64,000 bases of DNA, from NCBI GenBank assembly GCA_963734495.1, contig CAVTHK010000001.1:192001-256000 (forward strand), written 5' to 3'. Of this stretch, positions 32,544 through 42,927 are shown one piece after another. Source of the stretch: an uncultured Spirochaetota bacterium (GTDB lineage: Bacteria; Spirochaetota; Spirochaetia; SZUA-6; CAVTHK01). The position numbers and the translations under genes are program-made. The notes beneath the pieces were generated by a model. It ran no database searches and was not told where the DNA came from. It worked only from the letters and a program-made list of their open reading frames with translations. The stretch's first letter is position 1. Each line of letters begins with the position of its first letter.

Positions 32544-34561
32544 TCAGCGCAGCCTTGAACGCCTCGGCCACCTTCGCGCCCTTGCGCACGTAGACCGGGA
32601 TGCGCGCGAGCGGCGCGTCGGCCTCGAACCACTCGCCGCCCCGCGCGGCCTTGCCGGTCCACGCGTCGACCCAGCTCCCGCCCGCAGGCAGGTACACGCG
32701 GCGCGACCGCGCCTTGTAGCTCGCGACCGGCGCGGCGACGATGTCAGGCCCGAACAGAAGCTCGTCGTCGATATCGTAGAGGACGCTCTCGCCGGGGTAG
32801 TCGAAGAACAGCGGTCTCATGGGCGGGACTCCGCTGTCGTGGGCCGCCTTCATTTGACTCTTTATGTAGGGCCGAAGGCGCTCACGCAGGAACAGCAGCT
32901 CCTTGATGATGGCGTACGCCTCCTCGCCGAACGACCAGACCTCGTTGTCGGCGCCGGTCCCGGGATTGGGGACGCGCGGCTCGCGCACGCCGTGCAGCCG
33001 CATAACGGGGCAGAAGACGCCCCACTGGAACCAGCGTACCACCAGCTCGCGGAACTCCGGGTCCGCGATCGCGCCGCCGAAGAATCCGCCGATGTCCGTC
33101 GTCCACCACGGGATGCCGGCCATCGCCATGTTCATGCCGTTCTTGATCTGCTGCCCCAGCACCTTGAACGTCGAGTAGATGTCGCCGGACCAGACGCACG
33201 CACCGTACTTCTGGCTGCCCGCCCATGCGCTGCGGCACAGGTTGATCGGCAGCTCTTCGCCCGCCGCCTTCATGCCTTCGTAGAATCCCATCTCCTCGTA
33301 CAGCGGGTAGAGCGCGGAGACCTTCGCGCCGGGGCCTGCATGGTAGCGCACGTTGTGGTTGTGGTAAGGCCTGTACTCGGGCTCGGCCTCGTCGAGCCAG
33401 AACAGGCGCACGCCGCGGTCGTAGTAGTTCTTCTTCGCGGTCTCCCACACCCAGCGCCGCGCCTCGGGGTTGGTGAAATCGACAAAATGAAGGTAGCTCA
33501 CCTCGGAATACGTGTCGACGAACCGCATAAAGACGGGCAGCCCGGTGTCGGCCTTCACCAGGAGCGCCTTGTCCATCATCTCGAGGGACTTCGGGTGCTC
33601 GCCCGCGACGGTGGGCCAGATCGAGACCATCGTCTCGATGCCCATGCTCTTGAGCTCCTTGATCATCCCCACCGGGTCGGGCCAGCACTTGGGGTCGAAG
33701 TCCCACGCGCCCTGCATCGGCCAGTGGAAGTAGTCGATGACGATCACGGACATGGGAAGGCCGCGGCGCTTGTGCTCGCGCGCGACGGCGAGCAGCTCGT
33801 CCTGCGTGCGGTAGCGCAGCTTGCACTGCCAGAAGCCCATGGCCCAGTCCGGCATCATCGTCGGGAAGCCGGTCAGGCGGGCGTAGTTGCCGGCGACCTC
33901 GGCGGGGTTCCCACCGCCTAACACGAAATAGTCGAGCTGGTCCGTCTTTTCCGCGATCCAGGTCGTGCCGTTGTTGACGAGCTCGGCGCGGCCGGCCGCA
34001 GGGTTGTTCCAGAAGAATCCGTAGCCCTTGGAGGAGTAGACGACGGGGACCACGGTGTGCGTGTTCATCTGAAGCAGCTCGACCACGCACCCTTTGAGGT
34101 TGAGGAAGCCGTACTGGTTGTGGCCGAGGCCGTAGAGCTTCTCCTCGGGGTCGGCGGCGAAGCGGGCCACCGCGCGCACGGCGCCGGGCTCTACGGGCCG
34201 GAGCTCGCGGCCCGCGTCGGGGTAGACGCGGAGCGTCTGCCGCTCCTCGAGCAGGGTGCGGCCGCTCGCGGCATCGACGAAGCGCAGCGGCGCCTCGAAG
34301 CCGGCGACGCCGCGCGCCGCCTGCTCGCTCATGTGCACCGCGAGCTTCCCGCAGCGCAGCACCACTTCGGTGTCCGTGGCCGTCACGGAGGCCTGCGAGG
34401 CCTTTCGCTTTCGGGTTGATGGTCCAGTCGAAGGGCTTCGGCTCCTCCCCCAGCGTGAGGCGCACGCGGATGCAATCCTGGCTCCACGCCTCAACGCGCA
34501 GTAGCTCGCCCTGGTAGCGCCGCTCGAAGAAATCCGTCCCGTGGGTTACCGACCCGACCAT
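32544..34561 (-). CDS. GH31 glycoside hydrolase (alpha-xylosidase-like); frameshift near 34400 and probably 32552
   Basis: GFWQCKLRY, IDYFHW, FWLDEAEPE, WSGDI, PWWTTDIGGF, RLHG. GGAGG RBS. Removing one G gives the terminus FKLR-stop at 32544. Confidence 0.9.
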
Positions 34562-34721
34562 GGCTCCCTCCCGCCCGCGAGCCCTCGCGCCCGCAGGTCT
34601 TTCACCGCGTACGGTATGTATAGCAGCGAAATCATCGCCATGCCCAGCGCTTCCATCGCGAGGATGTACCAGTTCATGGCGGTCGGCGACGAGGTGGTTG
34701 CCGCGGTAACTTGTCTGCTCC

Positions 34722-35288
34722 ATGAACGAGATATCGCGCAGGGACGGCACGGACCTCCGGCTTTCGGCCGCGGAGAGAGACGAGGCCGTGGCCAGGATCC
34801 AGACGGCTTACGCGGACGGGCGCCTCGAGGAGCAGGAGTTCGACCGCCGGCTCCGCGAGGCGATCGACGCGATCTACGCGAGGGACCTCGAGCCTCTCCT
34901 CGAGGATCTGCCTCGTGAGGCGCCCCCGGTCCCGACAAAGCCGGCGAAGGGCTCGATCGTGGCCTACGGGTCGCGCATCGAACGGACCGGGCGCTGGGCC
35001 GTCCCCGCCCGGCTCACGCCCACGATCCTCAAGGGGCACCTGCTGCTGGATCTGCGAGCGGCGCAGCTCCTGAGCGACGAGACCGTGGTACGAATCAGGG
35101 GCTACAAGAGCACCATCGAGATCGTGGTCCCTCCGGGCGTGGAGATCGACTCGCGAGGCTTCGCATACAAGGGGAAATGGGTCGCCGAACGGGCCGATGA
35201 CGCGCCCTCGCCCGATCGGAAGACGATCCGCATCCGCGGCATCGCGTATAAGAGCACCGTCGTCGTGCGGCGTTCCGGGCCCGTTTGA
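34722..35288 (+). CDS. DUF1707 (SHOCT-like) domain protein with LiaF/DUF2154-like C-terminus
   Basis: LRLSAAERDEAVARIQTAYADGRLEEQEFDRRL...LLEDLP; GRWAVP, LLDLRAAQL, IVVPPGVEI. Confidence 0.85.
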   Translation: MNEISRRDGTDLRLSAAERDEAVARIQTAYADGRLEEQEFDRRLREAIDAIYARDLEPLLEDLPREAPPVPTKPAKGSIVAYGSRIERTGRWAVPARLTPTILKGHLLLDLRAAQLLSDETVVRIRGYKSTIEIVVPPGVEIDSRGFAYKGKWVAERADDAPSPDRKTIRIRGIAYKSTVVVRRSGPV

Positions 35289-35351
35289 CCGCGCGGGGGC
35301 GGGCGGGCGCCTGCGATCCACGGGACCGCCCGCCACCCGCCATCGGGGACC

Positions 35352-35380
35352 TTGACCGGCGAATTTGCCGCGCTTAAGAT
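35352..35380 (+). promoter_or_regulatory. sigma70-type promoter for the GDPD gene
   Basis: TTGACC-17 nt-TAAGAT. Confidence 0.55.
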
Positions 35381-35445
35381 GCGCGGCAGCGCCACCCCTC
35401 GGGCGGCACGGCAAGCGCCGCAATCATCGAAAGCGAGGTCCGCCT

Positions 35446-36216
35446 ATGAGCCTGAAAGGCCTCGACATCATCGGACATCGGGGCGCCATGTCGGTCGCGC
35501 CGGAGAACACTCTCGAATCGTTCGCCAAGGCCATCGAGATGGGTGTCACCATGGTCGAGTTCGACGTGTGGCTGCTGTCCGACGGGCACTTCATCGTCCT
35601 GCACGATGAGAACCTGGAGCGCACCACCGACGGCACCGGGAGCGTGCTCCTGCGGACGTCGAGCGAGCTGCGCGGGATCGATGCGGGCTCCTGGTTCTCA
35701 GCCGCGCATGCCGGGGCCCGCATACCGCTTCTCGAGGAAGTGCTGGATCTGTGCAAGGGGAAGGTGCGCCTGCTCATCGAGATGAAGGCCCACTTCGCCG
35801 CGGGCTACAGGCCAGAACGACAGCTCGTCGACTGCCTTCGCAGGCACGGCATCACCCGGGACTGCCAGGTCATCTCGTTCAACCATCTGATGCCGCTGCG
35901 CGTGAAAGAGATCGACGCCTCGATCGACACCGGCATCAACTACTCGTGCGCGCCCGTGGATCCTCTCGTGGACGCGGTGCTCGCAAGGGCCGACACCATC
36001 CACCCGTCGATGAGCGGTTCGGTAACCGAGGAGCTGGTGGAGCGGGCGCACCGTCGGGGCATCGGCGTCAGCGCAACGACGAACGACAGGGCCGAGATGC
36101 TGCGGCTGCTGCGGGCCGGAGTCGACGGGATCTGCACCAACCACGTCGATCGGTTGACCGCCGCGGTGGCCGAGGTCGGCGGGCTCCGGCTCCGATCCGC
36201 CTTGCCGGCGGCATGA
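35446..36216 (+). CDS. glycerophosphodiester phosphodiesterase (GDPD family)
   Basis: IIGHRGAMSVAPENTLESF, EFDV, HDENLERTT, IEMK, GVDGICTN. Confidence 0.93.
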   Translation: MSLKGLDIIGHRGAMSVAPENTLESFAKAIEMGVTMVEFDVWLLSDGHFIVLHDENLERTTDGTGSVLLRTSSELRGIDAGSWFSAAHAGARIPLLEEVLDLCKGKVRLLIEMKAHFAAGYRPERQLVDCLRRHGITRDCQVISFNHLMPLRVKEIDASIDTGINYSCAPVDPLVDAVLARADTIHPSMSGSVTEELVERAHRRGIGVSATTNDRAEMLRLLRAGVDGICTNHVDRLTAAVAEVGGLRLRSALPAA

Positions 36217-36422
36217 GCAAAGCGCGGCGCGGCGCGAAGGCTCGCGCCACTGTCGGTGAGCGCCGCCGCTACCGGGGGCTTCGCACGCGTTTCCTGCTGC
36301 AGCTCGACCAGAGAGTGGGCCGCGAAAAAGCCGTGCTGCGAAAAACCATCGAGGCCCTGACACGAAGGTTGAGGTGAGCGACAACGCGTTCCCGGCGCGC
36401 GGCTCCCGCGGGGTCCATCCGT

Positions 36423-37832
36423 TCAGAACGCGACTTTTGCGCCGACCGTTGCCGTCACGAGGTTGTTGATGAATCCCCCGGTCGTGGCATCGTAGGTGGC
36501 GGTGTACTCGCTGTTGTCCGGCCCGAGGTACGAGCTGACCTGAAGCGACAGCGTAAAGTTGTCCACGGGCGAGATCGACAGCGACACCAGAGCGATCCCG
36601 GACATGTCGGAGAAGTTCGCGATTCCGCTCAGCCCCAGGGTCATGTCGCTCACGAGGAACTTGTTCACCGTCACAAAGGCCGCGGCATAGTACTTGCCGT
36701 AGTAGCCGAGGTGATAGGTGCCGCCGAAGAACCGCGCGCGGTCGATCCCGCTCAGCTCCTGGAACATGTTGTCCTCGTAGCCGCTGCCATTGTAGAAGAG
36801 CTCCGTGGTGACGCCGATGCGGTCCACCACGTTCCATGCATCGAAGGTCCGCGACAACCCGACGGAAGACTTGACCACCAGGTCGCGGCTGACTTGGTAC
36901 ACGCTCCCGTCGGCGTGCATCTTGGCCTGGTTGTCGCCCGAGGCAAAGCTCGCCTCGCCCGTCAGGTTCAGGCTCCAGGGAAGCGGGGCGGAGATGTCCG
37001 CCCCGAACACCGGGATCTTGCCCCCCTTGAACCAGCCCGACGCGCCGAGCTCGACGCTGCCCGCGAGCGCTTCGGCTCGCGCGGCAAAGGCCGCTTCGGT
37101 CGCGTTCTCGATCCCATCGGCGTTCAGGAATGTGTAGAGGCGCAGCTCTCGCGCGAACACCACGTCGGAACGGAGGCCGAACACGCCCTGGCGGAACGCA
37201 TCGAGGTTCGCGAAGGCCTTGTGCTCGATGTTGATGAGGTCCGTGGGGTTCCAGAAATAGCCGGTCCCCCACTGGAGGACCTGTTTCCCCGCTCGGAAGT
37301 AGACGGCGTTGGCGATGTTGAAGTCGACGAACGCTTCCTTGAGCCCGATCAGCGTGTTCTCTTGTTCGGTCACGATCAACGGCACGCCCGTCGGCAAGAC
37401 GGAAAAGTTGTGTGTCACCAGCGTCCCGGTCGTCAGGTAGCCGATGTTGAGGTCGAAAAACGCCCTGTAGCCGGGCTTGAGACGCACGTCGATGAGAAAG
37501 TCGCCCGCCACGCTTCCGGAGAGCGGATTGTCTGCCAGATCGCGTGTCCCTGCGGCAAAGGCCCGGGTGACGGTATAGCCGCTCTGGGCCTCGATGACCC
37601 CCGAAAGGCCGGTCCGCTGCTTGTCGATCTCCTCCTGGAGCGCCTTGTTCTCGGCGACCCCGGGCTTGACCTCGACATCGGGTGAGCTGAAAAACTCGTC
37701 TTCGCTCCCAGAGCCCGCTCCCGACCCGCCCCCCGGCGTCTGGGCCGGAGGCTGGGCCGGCGTCTGCGCGACGAGGGCCGCCCCGCACAGGGCGAGCATC
37801 GCGGCCGCCCATGCGCAACTTCTTTTCTTCAC
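36423..37832 (-). CDS. predicted outer-membrane beta-barrel protein
   Basis: Signal peptide; LKEAFVDF, RAGKQVLQWGTGYFWNPTD; amphipathic strands; C-terminal VGAKVAF (terminal Phe); GTGA overlap with upstream stop. Confidence 0.75.
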   Translation of the reverse strand: MKKRSCAWAAAMLALCGAALVAQTPAQPPAQTPGGGSGAGSGSEDEFFSSPDVEVKPGVAENKALQEEIDKQRTGLSGVIEAQSGYTVTRAFAAGTRDLADNPLSGSVAGDFLIDVRLKPGYRAFFDLNIGYLTTGTLVTHNFSVLPTGVPLIVTEQENTLIGLKEAFVDFNIANAVYFRAGKQVLQWGTGYFWNPTDLINIEHKAFANLDAFRQGVFGLRSDVVFARELRLYTFLNADGIENATEAAFAARAEALAGSVELGASGWFKGGKIPVFGADISAPLPWSLNLTGEASFASGDNQAKMHADGSVYQVSRDLVVKSSVGLSRTFDAWNVVDRIGVTTELFYNGSGYEDNMFQELSGIDRARFFGGTYHLGYYGKYYAAAFVTVNKFLVSDMTLGLSGIANFSDMSGIALVSLSISPVDNFTLSLQVSSYLGPDNSEYTATYDATTGGFINNLVTATVGAKVAF

Positions 37833-38617
37833 TTGCTCAGGCTCTCCAGGTACGCCTTGTCGAACTTGTAATCGTCGACCCTGGCGAACGACACCCCGCT
37901 GATCTCCATGACTGACGTGCGCCCCTTCTCGATCTCGTCCGTGAACTTCTGCAGCAGCGGGATGTAGCGGCCGTCGACGTCCTTGTAGTTCGTGAACAGG
38001 TCCGTCTCCATCAGGGTGCCGGACAGGCTGTAGGATTCCCGCTTGAGCTCCAGGTACTTGTCGCGCGTCACCCACATTACCAGCCTGGGGTACTTGACGT
38101 CGTTCACCTTCGCGATCACCTCGAGCCTGTACACGGGGATCCTGGCGCTGCCGATGGTCTCGGCCGACAGGATCTCCCTGCCGGACGAGTCGAGCGCGGG
38201 CTTGTACAGCTCCCGGAATTTGCGCGTCTCGATGTCGCCGGCGCTCGTGTTGGACCCGCCGATCTTCTCGTCGCGCCCCATGTGGGTAAAGGTGCGCGTG
38301 CTGCGCTTGTACATCCACATGTTGTCGCCCACGCGGAGGTAGCCGTTGCCGCGATCGGTCTCGGGGTCGGCGATCACGATCAGGAACGCGTCGTCGCGGT
38401 CGCGGCGGTACAACACGCTCTCGATCACCTTGGTCCCCTGCTCGGGGTCCCTCGTCGTGATCCGCGCCTGGGCGGTCACGTCGCTGCGCACCTGCTGATT
38501 GGCGTCCACCATCTCGATGACCTGCTGCACCGACGGCTCCGCGTCAGCCGCGGCCGCCAGCGCGATCCACAGCGCGAAGGCGGCGTGCGAGACGAGCGTG
38601 CGATGGGACTTCATCAT
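37829..38617 (-). CDS. LolA-like periplasmic protein (outer membrane lipoprotein-sorting protein family)
   Basis: Signal peptide; PETDRGNGYLRVGDNMWMY, IGGSNTSAGD, KYPRLVMWV, YSLSGTLM. Confidence 0.85.
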   Translation of the reverse strand: MMKSHRTLVSHAAFALWIALAAAADAEPSVQQVIEMVDANQQVRSDVTAQARITTRDPEQGTKVIESVLYRRDRDDAFLIVIADPETDRGNGYLRVGDNMWMYKRSTRTFTHMGRDEKIGGSNTSAGDIETRKFRELYKPALDSSGREILSAETIGSARIPVYRLEVIAKVNDVKYPRLVMWVTRDKYLELKRESYSLSGTLMETDLFTNYKDVDGRYIPLLQKFTDEIEKGRTSVMEISGVSFARVDDYKFDKAYLESLSK

Positions 38618-38623
38618 TCTCTC

Positions 38624-40357
38624 CTACTCGTAGTGTCGGAGCGCGTCCGCGACCCTCATCTTTGCCGCCCGCCTCGCCGTCGCGAACGCGATCGCGAAAG
38701 ACACGAGCACGATCGTGGCGAAATTGGCCGCAACGGCGGCGATCGTCGGCACGAAGTACAGGTGCTTGTTCACGAAGAACATGGTGAAGGGGCTGTCGCG
38801 CAGCTCGATCGTGAAGCCCGACAAGAGCGCCATCACGCCGTAGGCGAGCGCCAGCCCCGCGGCGCAGGCGACCACGGCGAGAAAGACGATCTCGAGCACG
38901 AACACCGAGCGCACGTCGCCCCGCTGCATGCCGACCGCCCGGGTCGTCCCGATCTCGCGCGTCCGCTCGCGGATGCTCATGCGCATCGTGTTGACGACGC
39001 CGATCAGGATGACCCCAAAGAGGATCAGCACCGCCACGACCGACACGAGGTTGAGGCCGCGCTGGAAGTCCACGACCATGCTCGCCGTCTCGTACATCGT
39101 CTGAACGTCCACTCGGGCGCCCTTCCAGGATTCACGGTTCAGCCGCAGGGCCTTCTTCGTCGCCGCGTCCGTGTTGGGGCTGCGCTCCAGCAGCTCCCAT
39201 TCCGGCAGCAGCGCTTTGAACAGGGGCGACTGGGCCGGGGCGACAGCCGGCTCGCGGGGAATGTTCCAGAAATAGGTGTCGTAGAAAAGGTCTTCGTGCG
39301 CAAACGCGGTCGACTCGCCAAACCCGGCGGGGGTCGCGACGATGCCGCGGACCGTGAGATCCCGCTCGACCGGATCCGCCTCGTACTTGGGCACGTAGGC
39401 GTAGCGCACCGCGGAGCCGATCCCCGCCCGGAGCCGGTTCGCCAGGGTTTCGGTGAGGATCACGCCCTGCTTGTCCGCCGCCAGCGCGGCGAGGTCGCCG
39501 CGCCTGAAGGCCAGCGCCTGGCCCGCCGCGGCCGCCGCTGAGGCGTCGGTCTCCAGCCTGAGCGCAAACACGCCCGCATCCGCCTGAGCCGCGCCGAAGT
39601 CGAGCCGGCCCTCGACGCCGGCCGCGCCCGGAGCGAGGGCCCTGTGCAGTCGGTTGGCCTCGGCGATGATCTTTGCCGAGTCCTGCGGGTAGCTGGTCAC
39701 GACGTTCAGCCCGAGGCATTCGGAGGGCTTGAGGTTCAGGAACCCCCGGAGCACTCCTATGTCGACGAACGCCGCGACGTCCATGAACAGGTTCTCCGAC
39801 GCAACGATCCCCACGACCTTGAACTTGGGCGCCTGGGCCTGGCCGTACACGCTGTTGAAGCGCACCGTGACGATGTCGTTCATCCCGACGTTGATGTCCC
39901 GCGCGGCGTTCCTGTACAGGATGATGCCCGGGAAGACGTCGGGCTTGAACAGGTCCCCGGGATCTCCGGAGACGAGCTGGATCTCCCTGGCAAAGTCGGA
40001 GCCCCTGTCCAGTCCGACCAGGGCGACCAGCCCCGTCCTTCCGTTGCCGACCGTGCGGCCGAAAGCGCTCACGTCTTCGTCGATTCGCACGATCCCGTCG
40101 ACCGTCTTTCTGATCGCCTGCACGAACCGCGGCGTGTCGCGGATCACGTCGGTGCGCCGCGACGTGTATTCATGCACCTGGACGCGGATGTGCCCGGTGA
40201 TAAAGACCATCACCTTGTTGAAGAGTATGTCCGTGAGCCCGTTGGTGAACGAGCTGGTGACCACGAGCACGCACATCCCGACGGCGATGCCGATGGCCAG
40301 CAGGGCGTTGCGGCGGGACTGCCGAACCAGGTTGCGAAAGGCGATCGTGGCGATCAT
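38624..40357 (-). CDS. FtsX/LolE-like ABC permease
   Basis: IAFRNLVRQSRRN, TGHIRV, NTMRMSIRERTREIGTTRAVG; GAGGGG RBS before ATG 40357. Confidence 0.9.
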   Translation of the reverse strand: MIATIAFRNLVRQSRRNALLAIGIAVGMCVLVVTSSFTNGLTDILFNKVMVFITGHIRVQVHEYTSRRTDVIRDTPRFVQAIRKTVDGIVRIDEDVSAFGRTVGNGRTGLVALVGLDRGSDFAREIQLVSGDPGDLFKPDVFPGIILYRNAARDINVGMNDIVTVRFNSVYGQAQAPKFKVVGIVASENLFMDVAAFVDIGVLRGFLNLKPSECLGLNVVTSYPQDSAKIIAEANRLHRALAPGAAGVEGRLDFGAAQADAGVFALRLETDASAAAAAGQALAFRRGDLAALAADKQGVILTETLANRLRAGIGSAVRYAYVPKYEADPVERDLTVRGIVATPAGFGESTAFAHEDLFYDTYFWNIPREPAVAPAQSPLFKALLPEWELLERSPNTDAATKKALRLNRESWKGARVDVQTMYETASMVVDFQRGLNLVSVVAVLILFGVILIGVVNTMRMSIRERTREIGTTRAVGMQRGDVRSVFVLEIVFLAVVACAAGLALAYGVMALLSGFTIELRDSPFTMFFVNKHLYFVPTIAAVAANFATIVLVSFAIAFATARRAAKMRVADALRHYE

Positions 40358-40415
40358 TTTCGCCCCTCGCGCCCGGGCGGCCAGAACCCCTGCAGCATTC
40401 ATGCGCGCCCCCATT

Positions 40416-41930
40416 CTAGTGCCGGTTGATGGCGTCCAGCGGCGTGATCCGTCGCGCGACAAAGACCGGGTAGATCACCGCGCACACCGTGACGACGGCG
40501 AGCCCGACGGCGCTGATCACGAGCCCGGTCGCGCCCAGGGCGGGTCTGAAGACCTCCCCTCCGAACAGGATCTCGAGGATCTCGCTGCCTCCGGATCCGA
40601 GGCGCAGCGGCCGCACGATCCAGGTGGCGAGGACGCCTGCGAGAATCCCGGCCCCGCCGAACACGGAGGACAGCGAAAAGGTCTCGGCGAGGAACATGCG
40701 CGTGACGAAGCCCTTGCGGGCGCCCACGGCGCGCATCATGCCGAACTCCTCGGTGCGCTCCAGGGCGTTCATGCTCAGCGTGTTCATGATGATGATCACG
40801 GCGACGAAGAAGAGGATCAGGACGAACACCACGACGATCCCCTGGAAGATGTCCGAGATCTGGGCCACCTGTCCCGAGGCCGTCTTCCAGGAAAGCACCT
40901 TGACGGGAAGGCCGTTCTCTCTGGCGATCCGCTTCATCTCGGCCACCGCCGCGTCCAGGTTCTCGCCGGGCTTGAGCAGTATCGACACGTAGTTGTAAGC
41001 CGCCGTGTCGAAGTCGATCTTCCGCTCGGTCGTCGTCCGGGTTCGTATCCGGGCTTCCAGCGCCGAGATGGGCGGCGCGGCCGAGCCCGTGGAGTAGATG
41101 CTGCCGCCGCCGAAAAGGGAGTCCTCGCCGGCGTCGAGCAGGGCGCTCTGGTCGGGCGGCAGCTCCGTGACGACGTCGCGCGCGGTGAAGTAGCCAAAGA
41201 GCTCCCTGTAGGTCTCGATGTCGACAAAAGTGATCTCGCGCATCAGGGAGTTCAAGGATCTGAAGCGCACCACGCCCCTGATCGGCACCTGCTTGTCCGT
41301 GGAGTTCGGCTCGCCGAACCCTTCGAGGGCGAGCGAGGTGCGCGTCTCGAGCCTGGGCAGCTCCTTGCGGGCGTCGTCGCTCAAGTTGTCCCGGTTGAGC
41401 TCCTGCCCCTCGGGCGTGAGCCAGTAGCCCTGGAACTTGTAGAGGTTCTTGCGGCCCTCGACGTTGACCAGGAGGCCGTGGTCGCCGTTCGCGAGGAGGT
41501 TTCCCTCGATCGCCTTGACCGGGCTCCCGAAGATCCTCTGAAAGTCGTCGAAGTTGCAGCCAAAGGTGAGCATAAAGGCCATGTCCTGGCCGCCGAGTAT
41601 CGCGACGCCGCCCCTGGTCATGGGAATGAAGCCCTGGACAAAGTCCTGGCGCGCGAGGATCTCCTTGATCTTCTCGTACGACTTGAGCACCTTGAGCGGC
41701 TTGGCCATGGGAGTGAACAGCACGTTGTCCTTGGTCTCCTCGTCGGAGACCAGGATGATGTGCCCGGTGAAGCTCCGGACGATGTTCTCTTCCACGCCGC
41801 GGCGCATCCCGATCACCGTGGCGTCGCCTATGGTCATGATGAACGCCCCGAGAAAGAGAATCGTGCCGATGATGAGGCTCTTGGCCTTGTGCCGCAGGAC
41901 GCTTCGCCAGGCGATCTTGAGGATCAGCAT
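40416..41930 (-). CDS. FtsX/LolC-like ABC permease
   Basis: IAWRSVLRHK, FTGHI, NTLSMNALERTEEFGMMRAVG, YPVFVARRITPLDAI. Confidence 0.9.
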   Translation of the reverse strand: MLILKIAWRSVLRHKAKSLIIGTILFLGAFIMTIGDATVIGMRRGVEENIVRSFTGHIILVSDEETKDNVLFTPMAKPLKVLKSYEKIKEILARQDFVQGFIPMTRGGVAILGGQDMAFMLTFGCNFDDFQRIFGSPVKAIEGNLLANGDHGLLVNVEGRKNLYKFQGYWLTPEGQELNRDNLSDDARKELPRLETRTSLALEGFGEPNSTDKQVPIRGVVRFRSLNSLMREITFVDIETYRELFGYFTARDVVTELPPDQSALLDAGEDSLFGGGSIYSTGSAAPPISALEARIRTRTTTERKIDFDTAAYNYVSILLKPGENLDAAVAEMKRIARENGLPVKVLSWKTASGQVAQISDIFQGIVVVFVLILFFVAVIIIMNTLSMNALERTEEFGMMRAVGARKGFVTRMFLAETFSLSSVFGGAGILAGVLATWIVRPLRLGSGGSEILEILFGGEVFRPALGATGLVISAVGLAVVTVCAVIYPVFVARRITPLDAINRH

Positions 41931-41940
41931 GTCTTGGATC

Positions 41941-42621
41941 TCAGCCCGCCATGAGCCCGTCCCTGATCTTCACCACGCCATTGGCGTACTTGAGGATGTC
42001 CGGATCGTGCGTGGAAAAGATGAAGGTCGTCTTCTCGATCGTGTTCAGGTCCTTCATCAACCGGAGGATGACGTCCCCCGTCTCCGAGTCGAGGTTCGCG
42101 GTCGGCTCGTCGGCGAGCACGATGGCCGGCCGCGTGATCAGGGCCCGCGCGATCGCCACGCGCTGCCGCTGGCCGCCGGACAGCTCGAACGGCTTGTGGT
42201 TCGCCTGGTCGAGTATCCCCACCTCGTCGAGAAGCTTGTCCGCGCGCGCTCTGATCTCTCTCTTGCTGAGCGCGCCCTTCTTCATGAGCAGGAGCGGAAA
42301 CTCCACGTTCTCCCGCGCGGTGAGAACCGGGATCAGGTTGAAGGTCTGGAAGATGAACCCGATCGTGTGCAGCCTCAGGTCCGTGAGCTCCCGGTCCGAC
42401 AAGGCGGTCACATCCTCGTCGTGGATCCTGACCGCGCCCTCGGTGGCGTGGTCTATGCAGCCTATGATGTTCAGCAGGGTCGTCTTGCCGCTCCCCGACG
42501 GGCCCACGATCGAAAGAAAGTCGCCCTCCTCGATCGCGAGCGAAACCCCCCGCAGGGCGTGGACCGTCGTCGCCCCCAGCGGATAGTCCTTCTTCACGTC
42601 CCGAAGCTCGATCACTTTCAT
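41941..42621 (-). CDS. LolD/MacB-type ABC ATP-binding protein
   Basis: GPSGSGKTTLL, IGFIFQTFNLIP, LSGGQRQRVAIARAL, ADEPTANLDS, STHD. Confidence 0.95.
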   Translation of the reverse strand: MKVIELRDVKKDYPLGATTVHALRGVSLAIEEGDFLSIVGPSGSGKTTLLNIIGCIDHATEGAVRIHDEDVTALSDRELTDLRLHTIGFIFQTFNLIPVLTARENVEFPLLLMKKGALSKREIRARADKLLDEVGILDQANHKPFELSGGQRQRVAIARALITRPAIVLADEPTANLDSETGDVILRLMKDLNTIEKTTFIFSTHDPDILKYANGVVKIRDGLMAG

Positions 42622-42927
42622 CCTGCGTGCTCCTCGCGTGCCGCCAGCCCGATTTCGCCCGCCCGACCGGCGGCGCTCTGCCTTCGACGCCCCTGCAGAG
42701 CGCCCTGCGTACGCCAGCGCCTCCCTGGCCTGCGGACCCTGTGCTCGAGGGGACTCGACCTCAATGACGCGGCCGCGCGGGGATTATTGCCGCGTGGAGG
42801 CGCCTCCGACCCGAGATCCACAACGATATCAAACATAACATCCCGGGTCATCAGCGTCGCGCGGCTTGAGCCGGCGCGAGTCGCCCGTCCTGGGCGCTGA
42901 TAGGGTTTGGACGGCCGCGGGAGCGCG

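Noticed and set aside
31480-34494. Long convergent overlap between the giant gene (tracked to 33921) and GH31 (tracked to 32173)
   Set aside because: Both extensions are antisense-shadow sequence. Single-base corrections give natural stops at about 32426/32479 and 32544.
36423-42621. This ABC-LolA-barrel operon as the exporter of the giant protein
   Set aside because: Only proximity supports it. It is not a type I or two-partner system, and unrelated genes intervene.
42622-42927. Riboswitch or ncRNA in the 300-bp gap upstream of the ABC ATPase
   Set aside because: Has an AT-rich patch and weak hairpins but no recognisable aptamer consensus; an Rfam/Infernal search would be needed.
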